Shown in pieces: positions 9,547 through 19,400 of a stretch of 49,533 bases of DNA. The notes under the pieces were generated by a model, which was given only the letters and a program-made list of their open reading frames with translations, did not search any database and was not told where the DNA came from. The stretch covers positions 1 through 49,533 of the forward strand of contig BEHK01000002.1 of NCBI GenBank assembly GCA_002898775.1, in the 5' to 3' direction. Position 1 is the first letter of the stretch; each line of letters opens with the position of its first letter. The position numbers and the translations under genes were made by a program. Origin of the DNA: a bacterium HR08 (GTDB lineage: Bacteria > Acidobacteriota > Blastocatellia > HR10).

Positions 9547-9676
9547 CCGCGGGGATCCCCTGCCTTCAAAGGTCGGGGAGGGCGATGGCTCGCGGGCTCA
9601 CTATCTCCACCGATGGGGCGGGCCGAATGAGGTCGCACCCATACGGGCGGAGCTCTCAACTTAGGGAGGCAGCAGT

Positions 9677-12600
9677 ATGTTGAAACGAGCATCTTCTGCT
9701 CTCGGCTGTGTGATGCTTCTGTTAGGAAGCATCTCCGCAGGGATGGCCCAAACCGCCTCCACCGGGCAGATCGTCGGGACGGTGCGAGATCAAACGGGCG
9801 CCGTGATTCCGGACGTGACCGTCGTGGTGACGGAAACGTTGACGGGCGCCCGGCGGGAGACGAAAACCGATGCCTCGGGCGGCTATGCGGTGCCGCTTCT
9901 GCCGCCGGGCGTCTACACGGTGGAATTCAGCCGCGAGGGGTTTCGTCGGCTCGTCCGGGAAAACGTCGCCGTGCGCATCACGCTGACAACGACGGTGGAT
10001 GTGACGCTGGAGGTCGCGCCGCTCGGTGCGGAGACCGTCACCGTGACGGAAGAAGCGCCGCTGTTGCAAACGGATCGCCCGACGACCGGTCGCGTGATCG
10101 AAGAACGCGCGATCCGGCAACTGCCGTTGGCCACGCGCAATTTCCAACAACTGCTGGCGCTCTCGCCGGGCACGCTCGCCTCGGTCGTGCGCAACACGGA
10201 CGTAGGTCGCGGCGATGCCATCATTCAGGTCAACGGTCAGCGCCAGACGCAAAACAACTTGCAGATCAACGGCGTGGATGCGAATTCCATCGCCCTGCAC
10301 TCGACGTTTAACCTGCCCGTTCCGGCAACGGAAGCCATCCAAGAGTTCATCGTCCAGACGAGCCTCTACGATGCGTCGCAAGGGCGCAATAGCGGAGGGG
10401 TCATCGCCGCCGTCACCAAATCCGGCACGAACGAATTTCACGGCAACGTCTACGAGTTCCTCCGCAACCGCGTGCTCAACGCCAACGATTTCTTCCTGAA
10501 TGCTTCCGGCCAGAAACGTCCGATTCTCACGCGCAACCAGTTCGGCTTCACACTGGGCGGACCCGTCGTCAGAGACAAAACGTTCTTCTTCGTCTCCTAC
10601 CAAGGCACGCGCGAGCGCAACGGCGCTTCGCTCATCAACAGCGTGACGAGCGTGATCCTGCCTTCGGCCCTGACCGACAACCGCAGTGCCGAAGCGCTGG
10701 CGGCAGTCGGCAATACGCTCTTGCCCGCGGGGGTGACGCCGCTCCGCCCCTCCGACATTCATCCGGTCGCGCTCGCTCTGCTCAACGCGCGCTTCCCCGA
10801 TGGGCGCCTGGTCATTCCGAGTCCGCCGCCCGGCTCGGCCGGCCCCCTCACCACGCTCACGCAATCGGGCCTCTCGCGCTTCCGCGAAGATCAATTCAAC
10901 GCCAATCTCGATCATCGCCTCACCGCCAACAATACGCTCTCGGGCAAGTTCTTCTTCAACAATGACACCACCGATGCGGCCATCACTTCGTTTGTGATTC
11001 GTCCGGCCAATGCCGTGCTCGGCTGGGGCGGGCCGCTCGAGCGCAATAACCGCGTCTTCTCGCTGCGTGATACGCTCGTCCTCACGCCGACGCTCCTCAA
11101 TGAGGCGCGTTTCGGCTACGCGCGCATCTTCCTCGAAGCTGTCCCTCGTGAGCCCTTCACAGCGGCTCAGTTCGGAATCGAGAGCCCGCTCCGGATGCTC
11201 TTCCCTGGCCTGCCGCAGATCAACGTCTTCGGCCTGTTCACCCTCGGTCCGGAAGGGCTCTTTGATGCCGAGGTCGTCCAGGAGCATTTCACCTATGGGA
11301 ATACGCTCACCTGGACGAGAGGACGACACACGCTTCGCGCGGGGTTCGAGGGGCGACACTATCCGTTCCTGCTCCGATTCCGACTGTGGAACCGCGGGTT
11401 CGTGCAGTTCCTCAACTTCGTGGATTTCCTCCAAGGCGACATGTTCATTTCGTTCATCGGCTCGGGCGATCCCGAGCGCGAGCCCCGCATTCGCGATCTG
11501 GCGGCCTTCGTGCAGGAAGATTTCAAGGTCACGGATCGGCTGACGCTCAATCTCGGCCTTCGATACGAGCTGCTCGGCTACATGAGCGAAGTGCGCGGGC
11601 GGTTGGTCGGCTTCTTCCCCGATCAATACCGATCGGGGGCTCCGCCGAACGGTTTTGTGCTCGCGGGGAATGCCACGGTCTCGCTCCCCAACGTGCCGCT
11701 GGTCGAGAAGACCCTCATTCCTCAGGATGAGAACAACTGGGCGCCGCGCTTCGGTATGGCCTGGCGGCTTCATGATCGCCTCGTCCTGCGCGGTGGCTAT
11801 GGCATCTACTTCATCCGCACATCGGGACAGATCGGCGGAGGGATTCAACTCTTCAACTACCCGTTCTTCGTCCTGCCGGTCGGGGCCGGATCGCGCCTCT
11901 TGCAATCGCTCGGATTTCCATTGCCGGTGGCCCGCACGCTCGGCCTGCCGTTCAACCGCCCCTTCCTTCAGGTACCGCCGCCGTCGGCCTTCCCCGTCGT
12001 TCCGACGATCCCGTCACCGTTGCGGGATCAATTCGGCAATCCCATCCCCATCTCGGGCGTCTATCTGGATCGCGGATTCCGTACTCCCTACACCCATCAG
12101 TTCGGATTGAACCTGCAATGGGAGATAGCCCGCTCGCTGCTTCTCGAAATCGGATACACGGGGACGCGAGGGATCAAGCTCACGCAGCTCTTCAACCTCA
12201 ATCAGCCCGTCTTCGACCGAGCGGCGGGGCGGTTCATTACCCCCCTGCCGGCGTTCTCCAACAATGGGAACATCGCCGCGGGCTTGCACCTGATCCAGAC
12301 GACGGGACAATCCTATTACCACTCGCTGCAACTCTCAGCCACTAAGCGCCTGAGTCGCGGATTGTCCTTCCTGGCGTCCTACACGCTCAGCAAATCCATA
12401 GATACGAACTCCGGCCCGTTGGCCGGTGATCTGGCCGCCAATCCCGGCGATCAACAGAACCATCGTCTGAATCGCGGGCCCTCGGATTGGGATCGGACGC
12501 ACCGGTTCGTCTACAGCTTCGTGTACGACCTGCCGAAATTCTACGATGGTGATTCGGGCCTCGGGCGACGGCTGCTCAACGACTGGCAGATCGCGGGCGT

Positions 12601-13048
12601 GGCTGTCTTTCAATCCGGGACGCCTTTCACCGTCTTCGCTACCGGAGGAGGTGGCGGCATGAATCTGACGCGCGCCAATTTCGCGCCGGGATTCCGCGGA
12701 TCGGCCGAACTGAGCGGTTCGGTCACGGCTCGCCTCACGCGCTTTTTCAACACGGCCGCCTTCGTCCCGCCGCTTGGCGCGACCTTCGATCCGAATGCTC
12801 CCTTCGGCAACACAGGAAGGAACATCTTGCGCGGACCGGACCAGCGCAACGTGGATTTCTCGATCATCAAGTTCATCCCCATCACCGAGAGAACGCGCGT
12901 GGAGTTCCGCACCGAGTTCTTCAATCTGACGAACACGCCCAGCTTCGCCAATCCCGATTCGAACGTGCTCTCTTCGGCGTTCGGCCGGATCTCGAGCACG
13001 AGCACGGGCCCGCGCGTGATTCAGTTCGCGCTGAAGCTCAACTGGTGA
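9677..13048 (+). CDS. TonB-dependent receptor, Oar-like (paralogue of 4193-7501)
   Basis: Signal peptide, GQIVGTVRDQTGAV, IQEFIVQTSLYDASQGRNSGG, SGTNEFHG, LTLNLGLRYE, C-terminal PRVIQFALKLNW. Confidence 0.95.
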   Translation: MLKRASSALGCVMLLLGSISAGMAQTASTGQIVGTVRDQTGAVIPDVTVVVTETLTGARRETKTDASGGYAVPLLPPGVYTVEFSREGFRRLVRENVAVRITLTTTVDVTLEVAPLGAETVTVTEEAPLLQTDRPTTGRVIEERAIRQLPLATRNFQQLLALSPGTLASVVRNTDVGRGDAIIQVNGQRQTQNNLQINGVDANSIALHSTFNLPVPATEAIQEFIVQTSLYDASQGRNSGGVIAAVTKSGTNEFHGNVYEFLRNRVLNANDFFLNASGQKRPILTRNQFGFTLGGPVVRDKTFFFVSYQGTRERNGASLINSVTSVILPSALTDNRSAEALAAVGNTLLPAGVTPLRPSDIHPVALALLNARFPDGRLVIPSPPPGSAGPLTTLTQSGLSRFREDQFNANLDHRLTANNTLSGKFFFNNDTTDAAITSFVIRPANAVLGWGGPLERNNRVFSLRDTLVLTPTLLNEARFGYARIFLEAVPREPFTAAQFGIESPLRMLFPGLPQINVFGLFTLGPEGLFDAEVVQEHFTYGNTLTWTRGRHTLRAGFEGRHYPFLLRFRLWNRGFVQFLNFVDFLQGDMFISFIGSGDPEREPRIRDLAAFVQEDFKVTDRLTLNLGLRYELLGYMSEVRGRLVGFFPDQYRSGAPPNGFVLAGNATVSLPNVPLVEKTLIPQDENNWAPRFGMAWRLHDRLVLRGGYGIYFIRTSGQIGGGIQLFNYPFFVLPVGAGSRLLQSLGFPLPVARTLGLPFNRPFLQVPPPSAFPVVPTIPSPLRDQFGNPIPISGVYLDRGFRTPYTHQFGLNLQWEIARSLLLEIGYTGTRGIKLTQLFNLNQPVFDRAAGRFITPLPAFSNNGNIAAGLHLIQTTGQSYYHSLQLSATKRLSRGLSFLASYTLSKSIDTNSGPLAGDLAANPGDQQNHRLNRGPSDWDRTHRFVYSFVYDLPKFYDGDSGLGRRLLNDWQIAGVAVFQSGTPFTVFATGGGGGMNLTRANFAPGFRGSAELSGSVTARLTRFFNTAAFVPPLGATFDPNAPFGNTGRNILRGPDQRNVDFSIIKFIPITERTRVEFRTEFFNLTNTPSFANPDSNVLSSAFGRISSTSTGPRVIQFALKLNW

Positions 13049-13127
13049 TGGAGCGTGGACTTGTGGCATGTTCTCCGCGTGGGGTAAAAATGGGGGGAGT
13101 GAATCATACCCTGTCGGAGGTGTGACC

Positions 13128-14552
13128 ATGATGAAAGAGTATCCCCTTCTGCTGGGGGGCGAGCCGAGGTATTCGGGAGCGAAGGTGGAGCTTCGGGATC
13201 CGTACGATCGCTCGGTGATCGGCGTGGTCCATTGGGCGTCGGCGGAGGAGGCGGCCGAGGCTGTGGCGGGAGCCATGCGCGCGTTTGAGGAGACGCGGCA
13301 GCTGCCGTCGCATGCGCGGGCGGAGGTTCTGCGGCGCGTGGCGGCGGAGTTGAGCCAGCGGCGGGAGGAGCTGGCTCAGCTCATCACTCGCGAGGCGGGC
13401 AAGCCGATTCGGGACGCGCGCCTGGAGGTGGCGCGCGCCATCCAGACCTTCACCGTGGCGGCCGAGGAGGCCAAGCGCATGGGTGGGGAGGTGCTGCCCC
13501 TGGATTGGATGGCGGGTTCGGAGAACCGATGGGCGCTCGTGCGTCGCTTCCCCATCGGGCCTATTCTGGGCATCACGCCGTTTAATTTCCCGCTCAATCT
13601 GGTGGCGCACAAGGTGGCGCCAGCGCTCGCCTCGGGCAATCCGATCATCATCAAACCGGCGCCGCAGACGCCGCTCTCGGCGCTGGCGCTAGGGGAGATT
13701 GTGGTTCGAGCGGGATGGCCGCGCGGGGGGATCAGCGTCCTGCCGTGCGCGAATGAGGTGGTGGCTGAGCTGCTGCGGGACGAGCGAATCCGGATGCTCT
13801 CGTTCACAGGCAGCGCGGAGGTCGGCTGGAGGCTGAAGGCACAGGTGCCGAAGAAGCGAGTGACGCTGGAGCTCGGGGGGAATGCCGCCGTCCTCGTGCA
13901 CGAGGATGCCGATCTGGAGTACGCGGCGCGGCGAGCGGTGCACGGGGGCTTCACTTATGCGGGACAGACGTGCATCTCGGTGCAGCGGATTCTCGTCCAT
14001 GAGGCAGTGAGTGAGCCCTTCCTGATCCGATTCCTAGAGGGGGTGCGGAATCTGGTCGTGGGGGATCCGAAGGAGGAGGCGACCGACGTGGGGCCGATGA
14101 TCAGCGAGGCGGCCGCCGAGCGGGCCGAACAGTGGATTCGGGAGGCCGTCGCCGCGGGAGCGCGCGTGTTGGTGGGCGGCGAGCGGCATGGGGCCTTTCT
14201 GATGCCGACGGTGCTCGCCGATGCGCCGCCGGAGACGAAGGTCTGGAGCGAGGAGGTGTTCGCCCCCGTGGTGGTGGTGAACCGATACGCCGATTTCGAG
14301 GAGGCTTTGCGACAGGTCAACGCCTCGCGCTATGGGCTTCAGGCCGGCCTCTTCACCCGCGACGTGCGGCGCATCTTCCGGGCCTATGAGGTCCTGGAGG
14401 TCGGCGGGCTCATCGTCAACGAGGTGCCCACCTATCGCGCCGATCACATGCCCTACGGCGGCGTGAAGGACTCCGGCTTCGGCCGCGAAGGCGTGCGCGC
14501 CGCCATCCAGGAGATGACCGAACCCCGCCTCCTCGCCCTGAACCTGAATTGA
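13128..14552 (+). CDS. NAD(P)-dependent aldehyde dehydrogenase
   Basis: ITPFNFPLN, FTGS, LELGGN (Glu), GQTCIS (Cys), EEVFAP, PYGGVKDSGFGREG; GGAGG before ATG 13128. Confidence 0.95.
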   Translation: MMKEYPLLLGGEPRYSGAKVELRDPYDRSVIGVVHWASAEEAAEAVAGAMRAFEETRQLPSHARAEVLRRVAAELSQRREELAQLITREAGKPIRDARLEVARAIQTFTVAAEEAKRMGGEVLPLDWMAGSENRWALVRRFPIGPILGITPFNFPLNLVAHKVAPALASGNPIIIKPAPQTPLSALALGEIVVRAGWPRGGISVLPCANEVVAELLRDERIRMLSFTGSAEVGWRLKAQVPKKRVTLELGGNAAVLVHEDADLEYAARRAVHGGFTYAGQTCISVQRILVHEAVSEPFLIRFLEGVRNLVVGDPKEEATDVGPMISEAAAERAEQWIREAVAAGARVLVGGERHGAFLMPTVLADAPPETKVWSEEVFAPVVVVNRYADFEEALRQVNASRYGLQAGLFTRDVRRIFRAYEVLEVGGLIVNEVPTYRADHMPYGGVKDSGFGREGVRAAIQEMTEPRLLALNLN

Positions 14553-14556
14553 AGAG

Positions 14557-15363
14557 ATGCCACGCACACGGGTCAATGGGATCGAGCTGTATTACGAAGT
14601 CCACGGCGCCGGGGAGCCGCTGCTCCTGATCGCCGGACTCGGATTCGGCGCCTGGAGCTGGTTCCGCCAATTCCCGGATTTCTCGCGGGAGTTCCTGACT
14701 ATCGCTTTCGACAATCGGGGAGCAGGTCTCTCGGAGAAGCCTGAGGGCGACTACACCATTGAGATGATGGCCGAAGACGCCGCAGGACTCCTTCGCGCGC
14801 TGAACGTGGAGCGGGCCCACGTGCTCGGTCATTCGATGGGGGGATACATCGCGCAAGAGCTGGCGCTTCGTCATCCCGACGTCGTCGCCAAACTCGTCCT
14901 GGTCTCGACGAGCTTTGGAGGGAAGAACGCCGTGCTCATGTCTCCCGAAACAGCAGCGCAGATGCGCTCGGAGCTGGAGGCTATGGGTGAGGAGAAGGAG
15001 AGAGCCTTGCGTCGCGGCCTGGTGCTGCGGTTCAGCGAACGATTCCTCGCCGAGCATTCGGAGATCGTCGAAGAATTCCTCGCGCGGCGCAAGGCCCATC
15101 TCCCCCCGGCGGATGCGTGGCAGCGGCAATTCGCCGCCTGCCTCCGCTTTGAGACCGAATCGCGTTTGAGCGCGCTTCGCGCGCCGACGCTGATTTTGAC
15201 CGGCAGCGACGACCCGATCGTCCCGCCGGAGAACTCCTTCCGACTCACTCGTGCCATCGCAGGAGCTCATCTGGTCATCTTTCCCGGAGCGCGCCACCTC
15301 GTCTTCATCGAGCGCGCGGAGGATTTCAATCGCCTCGTCATGGAATTCGTGAAAGGAGCGTGA
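14557..15363 (+). CDS. alpha/beta-fold hydrolase (enol-lactonase/esterase-like)
   Basis: FDNRGAGLS, GHSMGG, GSDDPIVP, GARHLVFIE. Confidence 0.92.
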   Translation: MPRTRVNGIELYYEVHGAGEPLLLIAGLGFGAWSWFRQFPDFSREFLTIAFDNRGAGLSEKPEGDYTIEMMAEDAAGLLRALNVERAHVLGHSMGGYIAQELALRHPDVVAKLVLVSTSFGGKNAVLMSPETAAQMRSELEAMGEEKERALRRGLVLRFSERFLAEHSEIVEEFLARRKAHLPPADAWQRQFAACLRFETESRLSALRAPTLILTGSDDPIVPPENSFRLTRAIAGAHLVIFPGARHLVFIERAEDFNRLVMEFVKGA

Positions 15364-15366
15364 AGG

Positions 15367-16464
15367 ATGAGAACTGCGAAAGCGGCGGTCATGCCGGACT
15401 TCCACCGTCCCCTGGAGATCCGCGAGTATCCTCTGCCGGAGGCGTTGGACCCCGGCATGGTGCTCGTTCGCGTCGAGATGGCCGGCATCTGCGGAACGGA
15501 TGTCCATCTCTGGAAAGGGCAACTTCCGATCCCGCGTCCGCTCATCCTCGGCCACGAGACCGTGGGGACGATTGTGAAACTGGGCGAGGGAGTGACGACG
15601 GATTGGACCGGGGTGCCCTTGAGCGAAGGCGATCGCGTGACGTGGTATGCCGGGCGCTTGTGCGGCCAATGCTTCTACTGCGTGCGCAAGCGACAACCCA
15701 CGCGCTGTCTCAAGCGCCGAGCCTACGGTATCACGTATGCCTGCGACACTCCTCCGCACTTCCTCGGCGGCTACGCGGAATATCACGTGCTGCTCCCGGG
15801 ATCGGCGATCTTCAAACTGACGGATCTCTCCACGGAGATGGTCATCGGCGCCGGATGCGCGCTCAACACGGCTGTTCACGGCATCGAGCGCGTGGGGATC
15901 AGTTGGGGAGACATCGTCGTCATTCAGGGGAGCGGTCCCGTGGGCCTGGCCGCGCTCGCCGTGGCGAAAACCGCCGGCGCTCACCTCACGATCGTGATCG
16001 GTGGCCCGGCGCACCGGTTGGAGTTGGCCAAACAATTCGGGGCCGATCAGACGATCTCCATCGAGGACGTGCCCGATCCGGGAGAACGAATCGAACGCGT
16101 GCGATCGCTCTCCGGCGGCTATGGGGCCGATGTCGTCATCGAATGCGTGGGGATCCCCAGCGCGGTCGCGGAAGGATGGGAGATGTGTCGCGATGGGGGG
16201 AAGTATCTGGTGCTCGGCCACTACGGCGACGCGGGCCCGACGGCGCTCAATCCTCATGTGATCACGCGCAAGCAGCTGACCGTCTACGGCTCGTGGGCGA
16301 GCGAACCCCGCCACATGGCCATGGCGCTGGAGTTCCTGAGGCGAGCGGGCGATCGCTTTCCCTTCGATCGTTTGGTCTCGCACCGCTTTTCGTTGGACCG
16401 AGCGGCCGAAGCCCTCGAAGCGACAGCGCGTTGGACATCAATCAAAAGCGCGATCGTCCCCTGA
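15367..16464 (+). CDS. Zinc-dependent alcohol dehydrogenase (MDR family)
   Basis: GICGTD, LGHE, CGQCFYC...C structural Zn site, GSGPVG Rossmann motif. Confidence 0.95.
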   Translation: MRTAKAAVMPDFHRPLEIREYPLPEALDPGMVLVRVEMAGICGTDVHLWKGQLPIPRPLILGHETVGTIVKLGEGVTTDWTGVPLSEGDRVTWYAGRLCGQCFYCVRKRQPTRCLKRRAYGITYACDTPPHFLGGYAEYHVLLPGSAIFKLTDLSTEMVIGAGCALNTAVHGIERVGISWGDIVVIQGSGPVGLAALAVAKTAGAHLTIVIGGPAHRLELAKQFGADQTISIEDVPDPGERIERVRSLSGGYGADVVIECVGIPSAVAEGWEMCRDGGKYLVLGHYGDAGPTALNPHVITRKQLTVYGSWASEPRHMAMALEFLRRAGDRFPFDRLVSHRFSLDRAAEALEATARWTSIKSAIVP

Positions 16465-16487
16465 CGCTCGCCTGAACCTCCGCGGCT

Positions 16488-19400
16488 TCACGCGAAGACG
16501 TCCGATGGGGATTCCAGCGCGCGCTCGCTCATTGAGGCGAACGCGCGCTCGCGGAGCGAGGCTTCGATTCGCTCATCCACCCCGAGGGGGAGGACTTTCC
16601 AGAAGAATCCCTTCCATTCCTCCCAGCGTTCGAGCAGCTCTTGAGCGCGCGGGCTCGAAGTCGCCCGAACGTGTTCGCGCAGGAGCGCGCTCACCAGCTC
16701 TTCGTCCGCATCACCGAGCGGCACCAGACGCACGAGCTCGGGATTGTATCGCCGGGGCAAGCACCTGCGCTCGTCGAAGACGAAGGCCAAGCCCCCCGTC
16801 ATCCCCGCGGCGAAATTCCGGCCGACCTCGCCGAGCACGAGGACGACGCCTCCGGTCATGTATTCGCATCCGTGATCGCCGACGCCTTCGACCACGGCAA
16901 TGGCCCCACTGTTGCGCACGGCGAACCGTTCGCCCGCCCGTCCGGCGGCGAAGAGCCGTCCTCCGGTCGCCCCGTAGAGGACCGTATTCCCCATGATGAC
17001 ATTCTCATGCCATGCGTAGGATGCGCCTTCGGGCGGACGCACGATGATCTCCCCGCCGTGCATTCCCTTACCGACGTAATCATTGGCGTCGCCGAGGAGG
17101 ATCATCCGCATCCCCGGCACGCAGAAGGCCCCGAAGCTCTGCCCGGCCGATCCCACGAAGCGCAGCTCGATCTCCGTTCCCGGCAGGCCCGCATCTCCAT
17201 ACCGCCGGGCGATCTCACCGGCGATGCGAGCCCCTACCGTCCGATCCGTATTTCGAATCGGCAGCGCGAGCCGAACACTTCGCTCCCCCTCAATGGCCGG
17301 CTTCACCTCGGGCAGGAGGCGCTCATCGAGCGTATCTGAAGATGCTCCACGACGCGCCGAAGCATCACGCCTGCGCAGGCGTACATGCGCCTGTGACCGT
17401 CCGTCGCGCGCATCTCTCCCACGCGCCTCTTCATTCAGACCCGCATGAAGCAGCTCATTCAAGAAGAGGCGCGCCTCCCGATGCGGAAGGAGAAGATCGC
17501 CGTCCGCGTCCAGCTCACCGGCTCCGATCGCTCTCGGAATGAGGAGATCGGTCCGACCGATGATCTCCGCCAGGTGTCGGACCCCAAGCTGTGCGAGAAT
17601 CTCCCGAACGTCCTCGGCGATGAAGAGGAAGAACCGCTCGACGTGCTCCGGACGTCCGGGGAATCGCGCGCGCAGATCCTCGCGCTGGGAGGCCACGCCG
17701 ACCGGACACGTGTTCAAGTGGCACTGTCGCGCCATCACACAGCCGATGGCGACGAGCGCCGCCGTGCCGAACCCGAACTCATCCGCTCCCAGCAACGCTG
17801 CCATGACGACGTCGCGCCCCGTCTTCAGTCCCCCATCCACGCGCACGCGGACGCGCTCGCGAAGGCCGTTGGCGCAGAGGACGCGGTGCACTTCGCTCAA
17901 CCCCAGCTCCCACGGAATCCCCGCGTGTTTGATCGAGCCCAAAGGCGAGGCTCCTGTCCCCCCATCGTGGCCGCTCACGTGAATGACATCGGCCCCAGCC
18001 TTCGCTACGCCCGCCGCGATCGTCCCGATCCCCGCTTCGGCCACGAGCTTCACGGCGATGCGCGCCGCGGGATTGATCTGGCGCAGATCATAGATGAGCT
18101 GCGCCAGGTCCTCGATCGAATAGATGTCGTGATGGGGCGGGGGGGAGATGAGGGTAATGCCAGGGAGAGTGTGACGGATGCGGGCAATTTCTGAGGTGAC
18201 TTTGTGCCCGGGGAGTTGTCCCCCCTCGCCCGGTTTGGACCCTTGCGCCATCTTGATCTCCAACTCGACGGCCGAACAGAGGTACTCCGGCGTGACGCCA
18301 AAGCGCGCCGACGCCACCTGCTTGATGACGCTGTTGGACCACGTTCCATCGGGGCGAGGACGATACCGCTCGGGATCCTCGCCCCCCTCGCCACTGTTGG
18401 ACCGCGCGCCGAGCCGATTCATCGCGATGGCGATCACTTCATGGGCCTCACGGCTGAGCGCCCCATGCGACATCGCCGATGTGGAGAAACGCCGCACGAT
18501 CGCCTGGACCGGTTCCACCTCCTCCCTCGGCAGCGAATGGGCCGCTCGCCGAAAGTCCAGCAGGTCGCGCAACGCGGTCGGAGGCCGTTCCTCGACGGCG
18601 CGCGCGTACGCGCGAAAGGCCTCCGGATCACCCGTGCGCACCGCGCGCTGCAATGTCCGAATGATCTCGGGATTGAACGCATGATACTCACCCTGACGAC
18701 GGAAGCGATAAAACCCATGATCCTCCAGCCCGCGCGCGCTCGTTCGGAAAGCCGAGTCGTGAATCCGAAGGACATCCCGAGCCAATCCCTCGTAACTCGC
18801 CCCTCCGATGCGCGAGGGCGTGCCGGCGAAGCACTCCTCCACGACCTCGCGCGCCAATCCGATCGCCTCGAAGACCTGCGCGCCCTGATAGCTGAGCAAC
18901 ACCGAGATGCCCATCTTCGACATGATCTTCAAAAGCCCCTTCTCCAGGGCGCGAACGTAGTTCTCCAGCGCCTCGGCCGGCTCCATCCCGCGCTCGCGCG
19001 CGAGGGCTCTCACTGTCTCGAAGGCGAGATAGGGATGCACGGCGCTCGCCCCGTAGCCGAGCAAACAGGCGAAATGATGGTCCTCGCGCGGCTCTCCGCT
19101 CTCCGCGATCAGGCTCGCCCGCAATCGGAGCCCGCGCCGAAGCAGGTGATGATGCACGGCTCCGACGGCCAGCAGCATCGGGATGGGCGCGCGCTCGGCG
19201 TCCACGGCGCGATCGCTGAGCACAAGCACGCGGACGCCCTCACCCACCGCTCGCTCCGCATCCTCGCAGAGCCTTCGAACCGCGCGCCGAAGTCCCCCCG
19301 GTCCATCAGCCACCGGGAAGACCGCTTCCAAACGAGCCCATCGTCCGCGACTTCGATCGAGCACCCAGGCGAGCGCCTCTTCGCTCAGGATCGGGCTCCG

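Noticed and set aside
9547-9676. Structured RNA or riboswitch ahead of the second TBDR
   Set aside because: Only short GC-rich hairpins; no recognisable cobalamin/TPP motif or terminator
5249-11905. Long antisense ORFs (5249-7198, 9722-11905) opposite the TBDR genes
   Set aside because: Shadow ORFs caused by GC-rich codon bias; no motifs; they lie wholly inside well-supported genes
13064-13078. TGGCATGTTCTCCGC as a sigma54 promoter for the ALDH gene
   Set aside because: GG-N10-GC spacing is right, but the -12 element lacks TTGC and the gene appears operon-internal
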